The notes under the pieces were generated by a model. That model had not been told where the DNA came from. It saw nothing but the letters and a program-made list of their open reading frames with translations, and did not search any database. Below, one piece after another: positions 1 to 12,005 of a DNA stretch of 64,000 bases. A program made the translations under genes and the position numbers. Where the stretch lies: NCBI GenBank assembly GCA_010405405.1, contig MU004236.1, positions 570,576 through 634,575 of the forward strand, read 5' to 3'. How positions within the stretch are numbered: position 1 is the stretch's first letter; each line of letters begins with the position of its first letter. The stretch comes from Microthyrium microscopicum. Taxonomy: Eukaryota.

Positions 1-973
1 AGTGGAAACAACCCATGGGACAGTTCGCCAGTAAAGTGGCAAATAATGGCAGGTTTTACCAAGTCACCAATAATAATGAGCAATTGGATACTGCAGGCAT
101 GGGCAAGGACTTGTGCTCTAGCCAGGAATGTGGTGTGGCAGGCCCAGAGATGCCGCAAGAACTCTGAGCGCGAGGTCTTGCAGCTGCTCTGCATCAAAAG
201 TAGACGTGGATATGACAGCACTAAGCCTATAGGGTACCATAGGGGAGATTTGCCATGCATAAGCTGTCTACTACTGCTACTACTTGTAAGTACTTGGCCG
301 TGCTGGCTAACGTGTGTGTGCTCGCTAACAGGGCCTCTGGCGTCTCTGTGCTCCCGCTCAAGCCTTGTGTCTCCCCATGCCCTGCCTAGTCCAGCCTAGT
401 CTGCCATCTTACCGCGCATCTCCAACACCAAATCTTGGGCCTACAGGGCCTACCACGGTGCCACCACCCACCGCCAGCCTGTCTAATCATCTAATGCGCC
501 CCTTGTCTCTGGCGGGTTAAACCGAACAGCAGCTTTGTGCCGACAAGTCCAAGAATCTTCATTTCCCCTAACCCACGCCATTCTGAGGGTAACTGAGGGC
601 TCTGGGTCGTTTCTCCCCATCTCCTCCATTTCTCCCTCCTCCGCTCTTCTGCTTGCCTTCCCAACCAGATCCGATTCACCATCTTTGCATCACCAACCCA
701 TCATCTGTCCATCACCACTACCCTCCTCATCCATCCCTTCCCTACTCTTAGCACTTGTTCTTGCCTTGATCTACACTTCGTTGTCTCACCTGGCTTGTTA
801 GCTCAGGCTGCGTGCCGTTGCTCCCCCTTGGCGAGCTTCCGTGGTCGCGCCAGTATTCGAGTCCCGTCACTGCTGCTGACGGGCATCCCACAGTTCAAAG
901 TAGCTGCTGGCTGTATCCAACTTCATCATCCCCAGTTCTGTCTCACAGTGCTGTCATCCATTAAGTTGTGTCG

Positions 974-3900
974 ATGATGGCTACTCATCCCCACACTTCG
1001 CCGCAAGGCCCTCTTCCACCTCATGGTCCTCCTATGGTTGGCCATGAACCCAATGGTCATGCACCAATGAATCAGCCTGCGAATACTCTCCAACAGCGGA
1101 TTGCGCAGCTCAATGAAGAATCATGGCTTCGAATTGGTAAGATTTCTTATTATGCCCTTACCGCCAAGCGTTGATACTAACAAAACAATCTCGATAGGCT
1201 CTCTTTGTGAGCTCATGAATGACCCATCGGGAGCTTCTCACGCATATGAGTCTGCTCTTCGTCACAATCGGTTTTCTGTCACTGCGATGCTCAATATCGC
1301 AAACATTCTTCGCGCGCGAGATGCATTTCCCCCCGCGATTGAGTACTTGAAAGCCATCACCAAATTCGAAGAGCGCAATGGAGAAGTATGGGCCGCTTTG
1401 GGTAATTTCTCCTGCCAAATTGCTTCTACTATTATCTAATCAGTTCAAGGCCATTGTTTTCTCATGCTCGACAACCTACAAGATGCCTACCAAGCTTACC
1501 AGCAGGCTTTATATCACTTACCGGATTTGCGGGTAAGTTAATTCTTGATATATATAGCTCATTTCTGATTTATTTGTAGGAACCGCGACTCTGGTACGGA
1601 ATCGGCATTCTGTACGATCGTTATGGGTCCCTGGAGCATGCCGAAGAAGCTTTCTCACAAGTTATGCGCATGTCACGAGACTTTGAAAAGGCCAATGAAA
1701 TTTACTTCCGTCTGGGCATAATTTACAAACAGCAGACCAAATACAGCGCAAGTTTGGAGGTATGTCAATGCTTTTGTGGTACAAACTGTGCAAATCTAAC
1801 AGAATCAGTGTTTTCGCTACATTGTCAATGATCCACCCAAGCCTCTAACACAGGAAGATATCTGGTTCCAGATTGGACATGTTCATGAACAGCAAAAAGA
1901 CGTAAGAAAACTTGCTCAATTCTGGAAGCAGTCTCTAACGACAATTAGTATGATTCAGCAAAATCGGCATATACACGTGTGCTTGATAATGATCCAAAGC
2001 ACGCTAAAGTGCTTCAGCAACTTGGCTGGCTATTTCACCAGCAAAGCTCGGATTACCAAAGTCAAGACACCGCTATCGAGTATCTTGAGAAATCAGTCGC
2101 TTCTGGTCAGTTTTTCTCTTGTGTACGCAGTTACCAAACTAACAGACAACAGATCAAGGCGATGCTCAGAGCTGGTATCTGCTTGGCAGATGCTACATGC
2201 AACAGCAAAAATACCCTAGAGCATATGAGGCTTATCAGCAAGCCGTGTATCGAGATGGTCGCAACCCAACCTTTTGGTGCTCCATTGGTGTCCTTTATTA
2301 CCAAATTAACCAGTACAGAGATGCTCTAGATGCATACTCTCGTGCCATTCGACTGAATCCAAACATATCTGAAGTTTGGTATGATCTAGGAACTCTGGTA
2401 AGCACAATATCTCTTCCTTCAAAAGCCATTATCTAACAACAGAAACAGTATGAGTCGTGTAACAACCAGACTGCAGATGCCCTAGATGCATATCAACGTG
2501 CCGCTGAACTTGATCCAACCAATGTTCATATCAAGGCTAGATTAAATTTACTTCGTGACGGACAGCAACAGAATGGCATGTCAAGTCAACCTGCTGCTCC
2601 ATTGCCACCTCAAGATGTCCATCCTCAGGCTTATCAGCCAACTATGAATGGCCCCCCTGGTCCTCAATGGGGCGGTGGACCAGCTCCCGTAGCTCAACAG
2701 GGTCCACCTCCAACACTAGACTATAGTAGACGTCTAGCAGAGATCCAGTCCATTCCTCCACAGGGTCCTCAACAATTGCAACCATATGAGCCAAGAGAGG
2801 TACCTCGTCCTCAGACTCTCCCCGGACCTCCAAGACCGGGTAGTCCTCGTCAGGAGCCTCCAAGACAATATCAAGAACCTCCTCGTTCTGGTCCGGGAGG
2901 GCCAGGCCTGGGCCCGCGTCGTCTGTCGCCATCGCCCAAGACTAGACATGCCGCCCCATATCCAGGTCCTCAAGGACCCCAAGGCCACCCGCCTCCACCT
3001 CCACCTCCACCACCTCATATGCATGATCCTATTTCAGCTCATCAACAACCAAACAGGATTACCAATCCCAACTATGCTCCACAGCCAAATGGACCGCCGC
3101 CTCTTGGTGCCCCAAATGCTGGGCCTCCTCCACCTCCTCCACCACCAGGGCAACCTCCCATGAGCAGCTATGGCCGGATCACTCCCCCACCACAGAGCGA
3201 AAGCCGCACGATGATGGACCGACCGCCGTCGACTGGATCTAGTATGCATGCTCAACATTACCCACCACCTCGTCCAGCATCCGGCTTGCCGCCACCGCCT
3301 TCCCATGCTCAAGGATCTCATCCTCCGCCTCATGGACCTCCAGAAGGTCTTCGTGAGCGTGAAGATGCATCGCGGACCCCAATTCCACCAAAACGTCATC
3401 GGGAATGGGAGGATGAGCCCACTTCTGCCAAGACGCAAGAGGAAAAACGCCCTCGTCTTGACGAGCACCTCCCTCGTATCCCGTCGGTCCATGACAGACA
3501 GCCATCGCCACCTCGCTCGACTCACTCATCTCATACTCATATGGAGGATGTTCGTCGTGAGGATCACCGCCGCCACGAGTACCATCCATCCGAAGCGGCC
3601 CATCACCCGCCTCAACTTGGCCCTGTTCCTCCTCCACCCCAGCCACAACCTACTCCTCCTCAGGCTCAAGGACCGCCATCTCATGTATTTGGTCCTCCAC
3701 GGAGTGACTCTCGCCCAAAAGAGTCACCACCCCATGAGCCGGCTGCACGCAAGATGGAAGTTGATGAGAACTATGACGATGATGGTGAGGATGACAAGCG
3801 TGGCCAGTTAGCTGCAACTCCAACAAAACGTGAGAGCCCACGCAATGAGCGCACTGCTGGTCCCGAGTCCAACGGCGAGCCTACCAAAATGGAATCTTAG
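974..3900 (+). CDS. SSN6: General transcriptional corepressor Ssn6/Cyc8 (TPR repeats plus Pro/Gln-rich tail), multi-exon
   Basis: Spliced pieces give TPR text typical of Cyc8: LNEESWLRIG, EPRLWYGIGILYDRYG, EDIWFQIGHV, YEAYQQAVYRDGRNPTFWCSIGVLYYQINQYRDALDAYSRAIRLNP. About 7 short GT-AG introns; final exon ends at TAG 3900 with an EPAARKMEVDENYDD tail. Confidence 0.93.
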
Positions 3901-4114
3901 AAGGGATCATTACCTTATGAGCCGGCTGCCCGCAAGATCGATGTTGATGAAAACTACGATGATGAGAGCGAGGACGAAGAATGTGTTCAAGCAGCTGCGA
4001 TGAGGAGAGCGATGATGACGAGTGTGTTCAAGTAGCTGCGACATTAGATGACCACGCGAGCCCGCAAAGTCATTGTACCACTGGCTCCGACGAGTCCACT
4101 GAAAAGGAGTCTGA
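3901..4114 (+). repeat. Degenerate tandem duplicate of the last ~183 nt of SSN6 coding sequence (source 3718-3900), with an internal 41-bp sub-duplication
   Basis: GAGCCGGCTGCACGCAAGATGGAAGTTGATGAGAACTATGACGAT (~3736) recurs as GAGCCGGCTGCCCGCAAGATCGATGTTGATGAAAACTACGATGAT (~3919). GAGAGCGA...TGTGTTCAAG.AGCTGCGA occurs at 3964 and 4005. Confidence 0.85.
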
Positions 4115-4660
4115 CAAAAGCTCCGTTGATGTTGATAATTTGGTTGGTACTCTGATTGACACCTTAGAGCAGTGTTGGGAAGGCTTTTTTGACCACTAAT
4201 TTCGTTCCCTGTCTTTCGTTATGATTTCCTATGTCTATGAGAGGGCCGAGCAGGCGGCTATACCTCCAATGCTCAAGACGTGGTCTTATTACTGTTTATT
4301 CTTCATGTTCCGGTGTTTCTTTATGGCGCACCCGCTCTGTGATGTTTCGTTATATGCTTTCAAATGATGTTTTAGTAGGAGGGGATCATACCACGGGTAT
4401 TGGCTGGTCGCAGTATATGCGATGTCTTGATGATGGGAATTGGGCACTATTCCTTCGCGAAGAAAAGTAGTGTTGTGCTTGTGCTAGTACTAGTTAATGT
4501 GCCCAAATATATTATTTCACTTGATAGCTTATTGATCTGGATTGTTATTGTGACGCTAAGGACTCTTAATGATAGATATGCCTTTCTGATATCAACAATT
4601 CCCATAGTGCTCCCTGTGAACCTCCAGGTAAACTCCCTTCACCAAAACATCTTTTTCCGT

Positions 4661-5583
4661 CTAGATCTTCATCGATACAGGATTCAAATGCCCAGCCTTA
4701 TCATACTTCGCTTCTACTCCCAATTAGCATCCCACCCTCGCATATCAACCAAAAAACAGCAACTTACTAAAAAACGTATAATGCAACGTCACAGTCTCAA
4801 TCTTCCTCACATTCGGATCCAGCGCAAAATCCGGATCAATATAAAAAAACACCGGCATATCCACACTCTCCCCCGCATTCAACCTTTGCTCCTCAAAGCA
4901 AAAACACTGTATCTTACTAAAATACGGCGCCACCTTATCCGGCGTCACGCTATATGTTGCCACCCCAATGATGTCTTCCTTGCTATGGTTCGTCGCGGTG
5001 TAGAATGCTAGCGCCGTCTCGCCGGGAAGCACGCGCACTTCGCGCTGCTGCGGCGTGAAGGACCAGGGGAGAATGGAGGAGGTGGAGCCGGAGAAGGTGA
5101 TGCGGATTCGGTGCGCGTGGACGCTGGGGATGAGGCGTGAGGCGGGGTCTGTGGTTTCGGGGCCGAAGTGCGATTTCGATTTGATGGGTTGGCCGCCCCA
5201 GCCCATTTGTTGGCAGATCTGGCGTTGTTAGTTGGGTAGGTATGAGGAGGGGGTGGGATAGGTACGGTTTTGTAGAGGGGGACGGAGCCGTAGGAGCAGG
5301 CGACGACGCCGATTAGGAGGGAGAGGGTGTAGTAGCTGGCAGAAAGAGGTTATTGTTTGTTTCTCGTATATAAATAATGGGTGTAGGATTACCCTATGCT
5401 GCGGTTGCGGTATTTATAGTACTCTCGCGCGTCTTGGAATCGGGCGGGTGATGGGTATTCGCTGGCTGGTCGAAGACGGGCGGTGGTGGTGAATGAGCGG
5501 GGTGCGCGGAGGAGTTGGTGTTGACATGATTGACAAGTCCATTGACGGTAGAGGGAGAAGGGTCGTATACGGGTCCGCGACAT
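4661..5583 (-). CDS. COX11: Cytochrome c oxidase assembly copper chaperone Cox11/CtaG, 4 exons
   Basis: Contains YGSVPLYK..CQQMGWGGQP, PGETALAFY, YFSKIQCFCFEEQRL (CFCF Cu-binding motif), VDMPVFFYIDPDF and TLHYTFF; Arg-rich mitochondrial-type N-terminus. Confidence 0.95.
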
Positions 5584-5752
5584 GATTGTGGTTGGTGAGA
5601 AGGAAAAACTCTAGAACTGGTGGTTGTAGTTGGAATCGGATCATACATAAACTTTTGGTAGTAAGATGGAGGTCCAAGCTTTTTCTCATTGGCCTGGATC
5701 TTAAAGCTCCAGGTTGATCTTCAACACCATCTCCATCACCAGATCCAACGCC

Positions 5753-6409
5753 ATGTCTGAGCCACCAGAAGACGAGCCTGCAACGAATACCACCCAATGC
5801 ACCATATGCGACAAGCCCGAACCAAAATACAAATGTCCCCACTGTGAAATCCGCTAGTCCGTCCTCCCTCCTCCTCCACAACAACTACCATCTAACATCC
5901 CCAGCTGTTCAATCCCCTGCTTCAAAACCCACATCTCCACCGCCCACGACTCTCCAGACCCCAACACCACCAATGCCACCACCGATCCCTCACCCGCCAA
6001 GAACGCCGTCACCACCAACACCCCTTCAGTCGCCCTCACCGCCCATCCATCACCACAACCCCGCCCTATATCCCCAACTACCACACTCCTAACCGACCCC
6101 CGCCTTATCCAACTCCTAACACGCTATCCAACCCTCAAACCGACCCTCCGCACAATCTACCAAACTACCGTGCACCCAGAGCGCCTGCTAGACGAACACA
6201 GCGACGACTCAGATGTAGATGAAGATGCGTTAAAGCGCACATGGGGAGGCGCAGATTATAAGCGCTGGACGCAGGAGCGGGCAGACGAGAAGGCGTTGAA
6301 TGAGCTAGCTGAAATCTCTAAGGAGGATGAAGGAGTAGCGGAGTTCTTTGAGTTGGCGAGGATAATTTTCGCACAAGGGGATGAGATGGTTAAGGAGGAA
6401 GCAGATTGA
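5753..6409 (+). CDS. HIT-type zinc finger protein (Hit1/ZNHIT3-like), 2 exons
   Basis: ATG 5753 gives CTICDKPEPKYKCPHCEIRY; a GTCCGT...CTAAC...CAG intron follows, then CSIPCFKTH, completing the zf-HIT pattern. It continues in frame into ORF 6170..6409 (EGVAEFFELA). Confidence 0.85.
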
Positions 6410-6976
6410 AATGGAAAAAGGTGCGTAGGAATGGTAAGAGAGGGGGTGTACGATTACGAGTATGTATGATATTATGAAAAGTATAAGCGTGGAAGATGTT
6501 GTGAGATCAAGAGTATAGGATATTTTTCTGATCGTAGGATTTTTAGCTATTGATACATTATGTCTATGTACGGAGGGAGTTTTTCGGCCGCGCTGAATGG
6601 TGCCAAAGTTTAGAAATCTTAATATCGTCCCAAATCATTTCCTCAGTCCACGCCCATGCTAATGATTGTTCCAAAGAGAAAAGCAAAACTCCAAAACGTG
6701 ATCGATTGTGACCAGTAGAAAAACGCCTATGCTGATGCTAGCAGTACCGCCTGCTCCAACCTGATAAAGCGTTCAGGTGAGGTAGCTCGTCATATTGAAG
6801 AGCCAAAAACCAAATAATGTTGTAGAAGGACCAATTTTGAAAGGGAGAAGATTATAGATCTTCGGGCGGAAGCGTCGAGGAACTAGAGAAGCGCTGCTAA
6901 TATGTGGTGAAAATGTTGAGAATTAATATGCTGTAATTCGTAGGGAGACGCCAGAGGGGTTTGTGCGATCTGGGAA

Positions 6977-9249
6977 TTAGTCGACTTTGATGGCCCTGGA
7001 AGAACGTCAGTGAAAGCTTAGAAAGGTGAGTCGGGCATGACATACGTATAGATACGGCGCACAAAGGCGTATGCTGCAAGGAATCCAACTGTGCCTGTCA
7101 ACAGGCCATACACTCCACAAGCCAAGAAGCTGTATGAGAAGAACAGCATGCTCGAAACAAAGCCATGGATGTGAAGCTTAAAGTAGTAATAGTAGAGGCA
7201 ATAAGCGAAGATCCAAAAGGAGGAGCTGCCACCGACTAGGAATGATGTCCAATGCCACTGGTGGTTCTAAAGAATAGATTAGTGATGTGGCTAGGTGATA
7301 AGTTCATTGAAACCTTACTTCAGCGCATAATTGAAGGTAAACGGCGACGATGGTGACCTCCACAACAGAGAGAATGAGTATGACCCCAACTACAGAAAGG
7401 AATCCAAACATGTAGTAGAAACCACTCTTGTCGACCCAAAGACTCTTGAAAACGAACATGAGCTCGATCAGGATGATCAAGAATGGCATTATGCCGGCGA
7501 TCAGAATAAGCTGGAGTCGTCGCAGGTACCATGGCTGGGGTGGTATTTGTCGTGCAATCGATGTTGGCCGTACTGGATGTTCCCAAGCACCTGCACGATG
7601 TTGCCCATACCATCCGCCGCAATAGACTAGCGGCATTTGGATGAGAAGCCATAACGCGACAAGCGCAATCAGGGTTCCAAAGGGAATCGCGGAGCTCGAG
7701 GCGTGGCCCCAAACGAAAAGGTTGAGGATGAAGACAATCGAGAAAGCCAGTCCTGGAATCAGCGAGCCAGTAACAAACACATTGTGCTGCCATTGACGAC
7801 CGCCAAACGTCTTGTATACGCGTGCGGAAAAGTAGCCAGAGAATAGTCCGCAAAAGACGAACAATGATAGGCCGACACTGGTAAATCCGCCTCGGAAACT
7901 GGGGTTCAATACTCCAATGCAGCTGAGCAGCAATTGACCAGATGCCATGAAGACCAGTTGCATTCCAGAGCCGACAAGTGGCGCAAGAAGTGTACCGCAC
8001 TGGGGTGTGCGAAATACGTCTCCGTGAACCAGTTTCCAACCACTGCCGTCTTCCACCATATCTTCTTCTTCAGCAGATAAGCCATCCTCGCCATCAATAG
8101 GGTCGAAGATGCCAGTGGACTTGTCCAGACTTCTCCTAGGGGATGGTAAGCCTTTTCGGTACTTCATTTTCAATTTGCCATCTTCAAGACCAATTTCCGT
8201 AGTTCCTTTAATATCGCCACGAATGGTACGCGCAAAGACGACAGCGACCAAGGTGGTGAGAAATCCAGAGATGACCAAGGAATTGACAATGGCAAGCCAG
8301 TGAACGGTCCGGGAATCCTCATCGTGCACAAAGTATACGTTCCATCGATTTGACCAGCTTATAAAAGGATTCTCTTCTTCGCGGAAGTAGACGGAATATG
8401 AGTACGGGATTGTCAACTCGTCCGATTCAGTGGTTTGAACTGTACCGTCCTCGGAGGTGGTGTTTTTTCCGAAAGTCAACTCCATACCTGCCTCAATTGA
8501 ATAGATATCATGAGGGAGGCCACTAGTCATGTTTCTATTTCCCACTTCGACACTCTTTGGATATACCTCAAATCCGAGTATGACCTTTTCACCACGATTT
8601 CCCGCCTTGCCCATAGCAGTGCGATATCGAATAACCATGGTGATGTGGTTGTTGATGAAATATCGTGATCGCATCGAATGAGGATCAAACTCTTCATAGC
8701 CTAATCGGAAACCAGCGGCGTAGTATTTGCCGGACTTGTCCGTGGTTACGAAAGGAGTGGCGCCGGGTAGATTATCAACAATCCATTCCACCATATATCG
8801 GTCGCGTATGAGTTGCTGTGCCCATCGCACTCCTTTCCGGTCAACTGTATGGCTACAGAGAAATTTGGCTTCACTATCTTCACCCATGACAAGCTCATAG
8901 TCGGAGACTGTTATGCGATCGCCTCGAAGAACCTCGCCAAGATTCAAGGTCAAGCTGGTTCCGCTTGTTAAACGCGCCGAAGGATGTCGCCAGCCGCTTG
9001 GAGGACAGACGAAAGGAAGTTCGGAGTATGCATAGTGTAGTTCGGAGGAGTCGGAAAATATCTTGTTGTGGAAAAGGGGTATGAGGTCGCCATCTTTGAA
9101 TGTCTTTTCTGACCAGCCTACAGATTGTCAGTATTGTTTAGATGTAATCGGTCGAGATAGCATATACCTGGTATGTAAAAGGCATTGCAGATAGCGGAAA
9201 GGAGAAGGGTGATTAGGAGGCGTGCCGTATGCCTCACGTCGCCGGCCAT
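6977..9249 (-). CDS. Transmembrane 9 superfamily / endomembrane protein 70 (Tmn3-like)
   Basis: Signal peptide then AFYIPG; LNLGEVLRGDRI, WIVDNLPGAT, VHWLAIVNS, GWKLVHGDVFR, NHQWHWTSFLVG; many TM segments; C-terminal AIKVD (KxD/E motif). Confidence 0.93.
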
Positions 9250-11129
9250 TGTGAGAGTTGAGGAGCAGCGCAGGCGAAGGTGGAGGACACGGACAGGATA
9301 AGAGTAGGTGAGGATGGTATGGCAAAGATTCAGATGATAATTGGAACGAGTGACAGTGCAAAAGCAAGAGCGGGAGTTGGTGGAGTGAGAGTACAGAAAG
9401 AGTAATGGTGACAAGGCTCAGGCAGTGGCAGGCGCAATGTGCAAGGCAATCAGCAGCAGACTGCAGTAGGAGCAGCGTAGCGTCAGCACATGGATAGGAT
9501 TAGAGGACCCTGGCGATAAGACCAAAACAGCTAGTAACTCCTACTCCTGTACGCCGACGGGCTTGCAATACCATTTGATAAGCAATGATAATTCGTGCAG
9601 CAGCGCCAGCCAAGGGATAGATCCTTAACCAAGCTTACGGGCGCCACTAATCCTGCTGAGAGAACCGTTGGAAAAAGGAAACCGGCAATTCCCGATCCAT
9701 TTGATGATAATCAGTATCATACTGTATGGAAAGGTAGCGATCGACGGTGGACTCGAGAGTTGCTCAGCAAGCCTGCCAGCGGAGATTCTGGAGGTCAAAG
9801 ACAAGCATACGAGACAGCGAACGGCGCAGACCAAACGGGAAAATAAGGAAAGATATGAGAAAAGCAGTTACGGAGCCCGGTTGACAAGAAGGCTGCATGC
9901 GATCTAAGCCTATTTTGTTTTGATGCTTGGATATCCACGCGTTCACCATTTCTCCAACCACTGGCTTAGACGTCGCATTCAATCTACCGTAGGGTCGAAG
10001 GCCTAGAGTACAGTCAAGTATCGAAGGCGAGGTCTAAGACGCCATCGTTATTGAAGACCAAAGCCTTCACGAATAATGCAAGCACACGACCAGTTCGCTG
10101 ATCTGCTTCATACATGGTGAACGCTCTCAGTCTCAGGCAAAATAAAATGGAGAATCCAGGATGGTGGATGGCGTGGATAACTCCACCACGCGTGCAACTA
10201 ACCTTAGACGTGCAAGGGGGGCGTCTATCTTTAGCCCGACTTCAGTTCTTAACACCTTCTTTATTAATTTATATAAGCTGATCCTCCGCCAATCCTTCCG
10301 TGCTCTGGTCCATAATCCAACCTCTTGACTTGTTCAACTTGATGCTTTTTACTCAATGTTAATGCGCTGCAACCCAGGATACTCGTACCTCTAAAGTAGT
10401 TCATGTAAAACCTTTATCAATGTTTGTAACCTACAGATCCTGTTGTGTTTATCTTGTACAACTACCTGCGAATGCCCCGGGCACTTGCATATCAGCTGCT
10501 GCAGGCATCAAATGTCAGCCTCAGCACGCACGCTCGCGCCTGAGAGGATGCTTTTAAGTCGAGCAACCCGGTATCGCTTGTGTATCTCTCATTTTGCATG
10601 TACAACTTGATGTACTACAAACAAACAGATATATCAATGCTCTTGCCGATAGTTTGGATTTTGTTATCTGATTGTGCAAGTGAAACTAAAAGTATCAGCA
10701 ACGACCCAAAAAACTATCCCCTTCTAGTCTCATACTGGTCTTTTCTGGGGGACATTCAGGACAAGTCTATGTACCTTTTTTCTTCAAAAAGTTGAACTAT
10801 ACCACAATATCTTGATACTCTATATCGAATTCGGTTCATCAGAATCTTCAACTCCAGTAACATTTATACAGGTAGCAATGATGCCGCCCCCCGGATATTC
10901 TCTCCCACCATGATATATGAGCGCCCTTCGAACTACATGTACTCTACGTCATGATACAGCATATAACTTAGTTTGTCTCCGACATTATCTACAAATTCTG
11001 CATCAGAGCATCAGATTCAATTAAAAAATGACAGAGTGATTAGTTCTACACGAACCTTTAAACAACCACCGCCTTCTCAGATAACCTTCCCAACCTTACT
11101 CAAAACGTATCACCAGAAGCTACCAAAGT

Positions 11130-11906
11130 ATGACCATGTCATTCAATCCGCTCAAAGTAAAAGCTCTCTTCTTCGACATCTACGCAACCCTCATCGACTG
11201 GGAGTCCGGAATATACCCCCAACTCCTCCATCTATCCCAACAGCTCCCCCCATCATCCCCTCTTGCCTCAGACACACCGAAGACCCGCGAAACCCTCCTG
11301 CGCATGTACGCAGCCAACGAGAAAACAGTAGAACTCGAGAACCCCAAACTAGCCTATCCCCAAATCCTCGAACAAGTGTACGCCCGCATCGCCTCCGAAC
11401 TCAACGTCCCCTTCAGCACCTCCGACCAAATCTCCTTTGGCCAAAGTATAGGCACCTGGCCCGCCTTCCCAGACACTGTAGCCGCCATGCAAATACTCTC
11501 TAAACACTATAAGCTCTTCGTTCTCAGCAATGTGGTCAATGCGTCCTTTGCGCGCACTTGTGCTGGGCCATTGGATGGAGTGAATTGGGATGGCATATAT
11601 ACGGCTGAGCAAATTGGTTCGTATAAGCCGAATTCTGCCAACTATAATCTTGTGGTTACGCGGCTTCGTGAGGACTTTGGGATTGAGAAGGGGGGGATTG
11701 TGCAGGTGGCGCAGAGTTTGGATCTTGATCATGTTTCTGGGAAGAGACTCGGGTTTGAACCTGGTGTGTGGATTAAGAGGGGTGGGGCGGCGATGGGTGG
11801 GAACAGGGAGGAGTTGGAGGGTAAGGGGATGATTGAGTTGGGTGCTATTTATGGGACGTTGGGGGAGATGGCGGTGGCGGTGGAGGAGGCTTTTTCGAAG
11901 ACATAG
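11130..11906 (+). CDS. HAD-superfamily hydrolase, haloacid dehalogenase type II-like, intronless
   Basis: Motif I FFDIYATLIDWESG, WPAFPDTV, LSNV (motif II), TAEQIGSYKP (motif III), VAQSLDLDH. Confidence 0.88.
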   Translation: MTMSFNPLKVKALFFDIYATLIDWESGIYPQLLHLSQQLPPSSPLASDTPKTRETLLRMYAANEKTVELENPKLAYPQILEQVYARIASELNVPFSTSDQISFGQSIGTWPAFPDTVAAMQILSKHYKLFVLSNVVNASFARTCAGPLDGVNWDGIYTAEQIGSYKPNSANYNLVVTRLREDFGIEKGGIVQVAQSLDLDHVSGKRLGFEPGVWIKRGGAAMGGNREELEGKGMIELGAIYGTLGEMAVAVEEAFSKT

Positions 11907-12005
11907 ATAGTTGGGAGGAGTCCGGATGATTCAAAGTGAGGTTTGATTGCCGTGAACATCAGAAAAGGTTCGTTGAAAGACTGACTATTTTAAGTAATAG
12001 ACTAT

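Noticed and set aside
46..973. Short ORFs upstream of SSN6
   Set aside because: Pyrimidine-rich promoter/5' UTR-like sequence with no coding signature.
4400..5011. 203-aa plus-strand ORF
   Set aside because: Non-ATG start, antisense to COX11 and spanning 3' UTR-like sequence; no domain.
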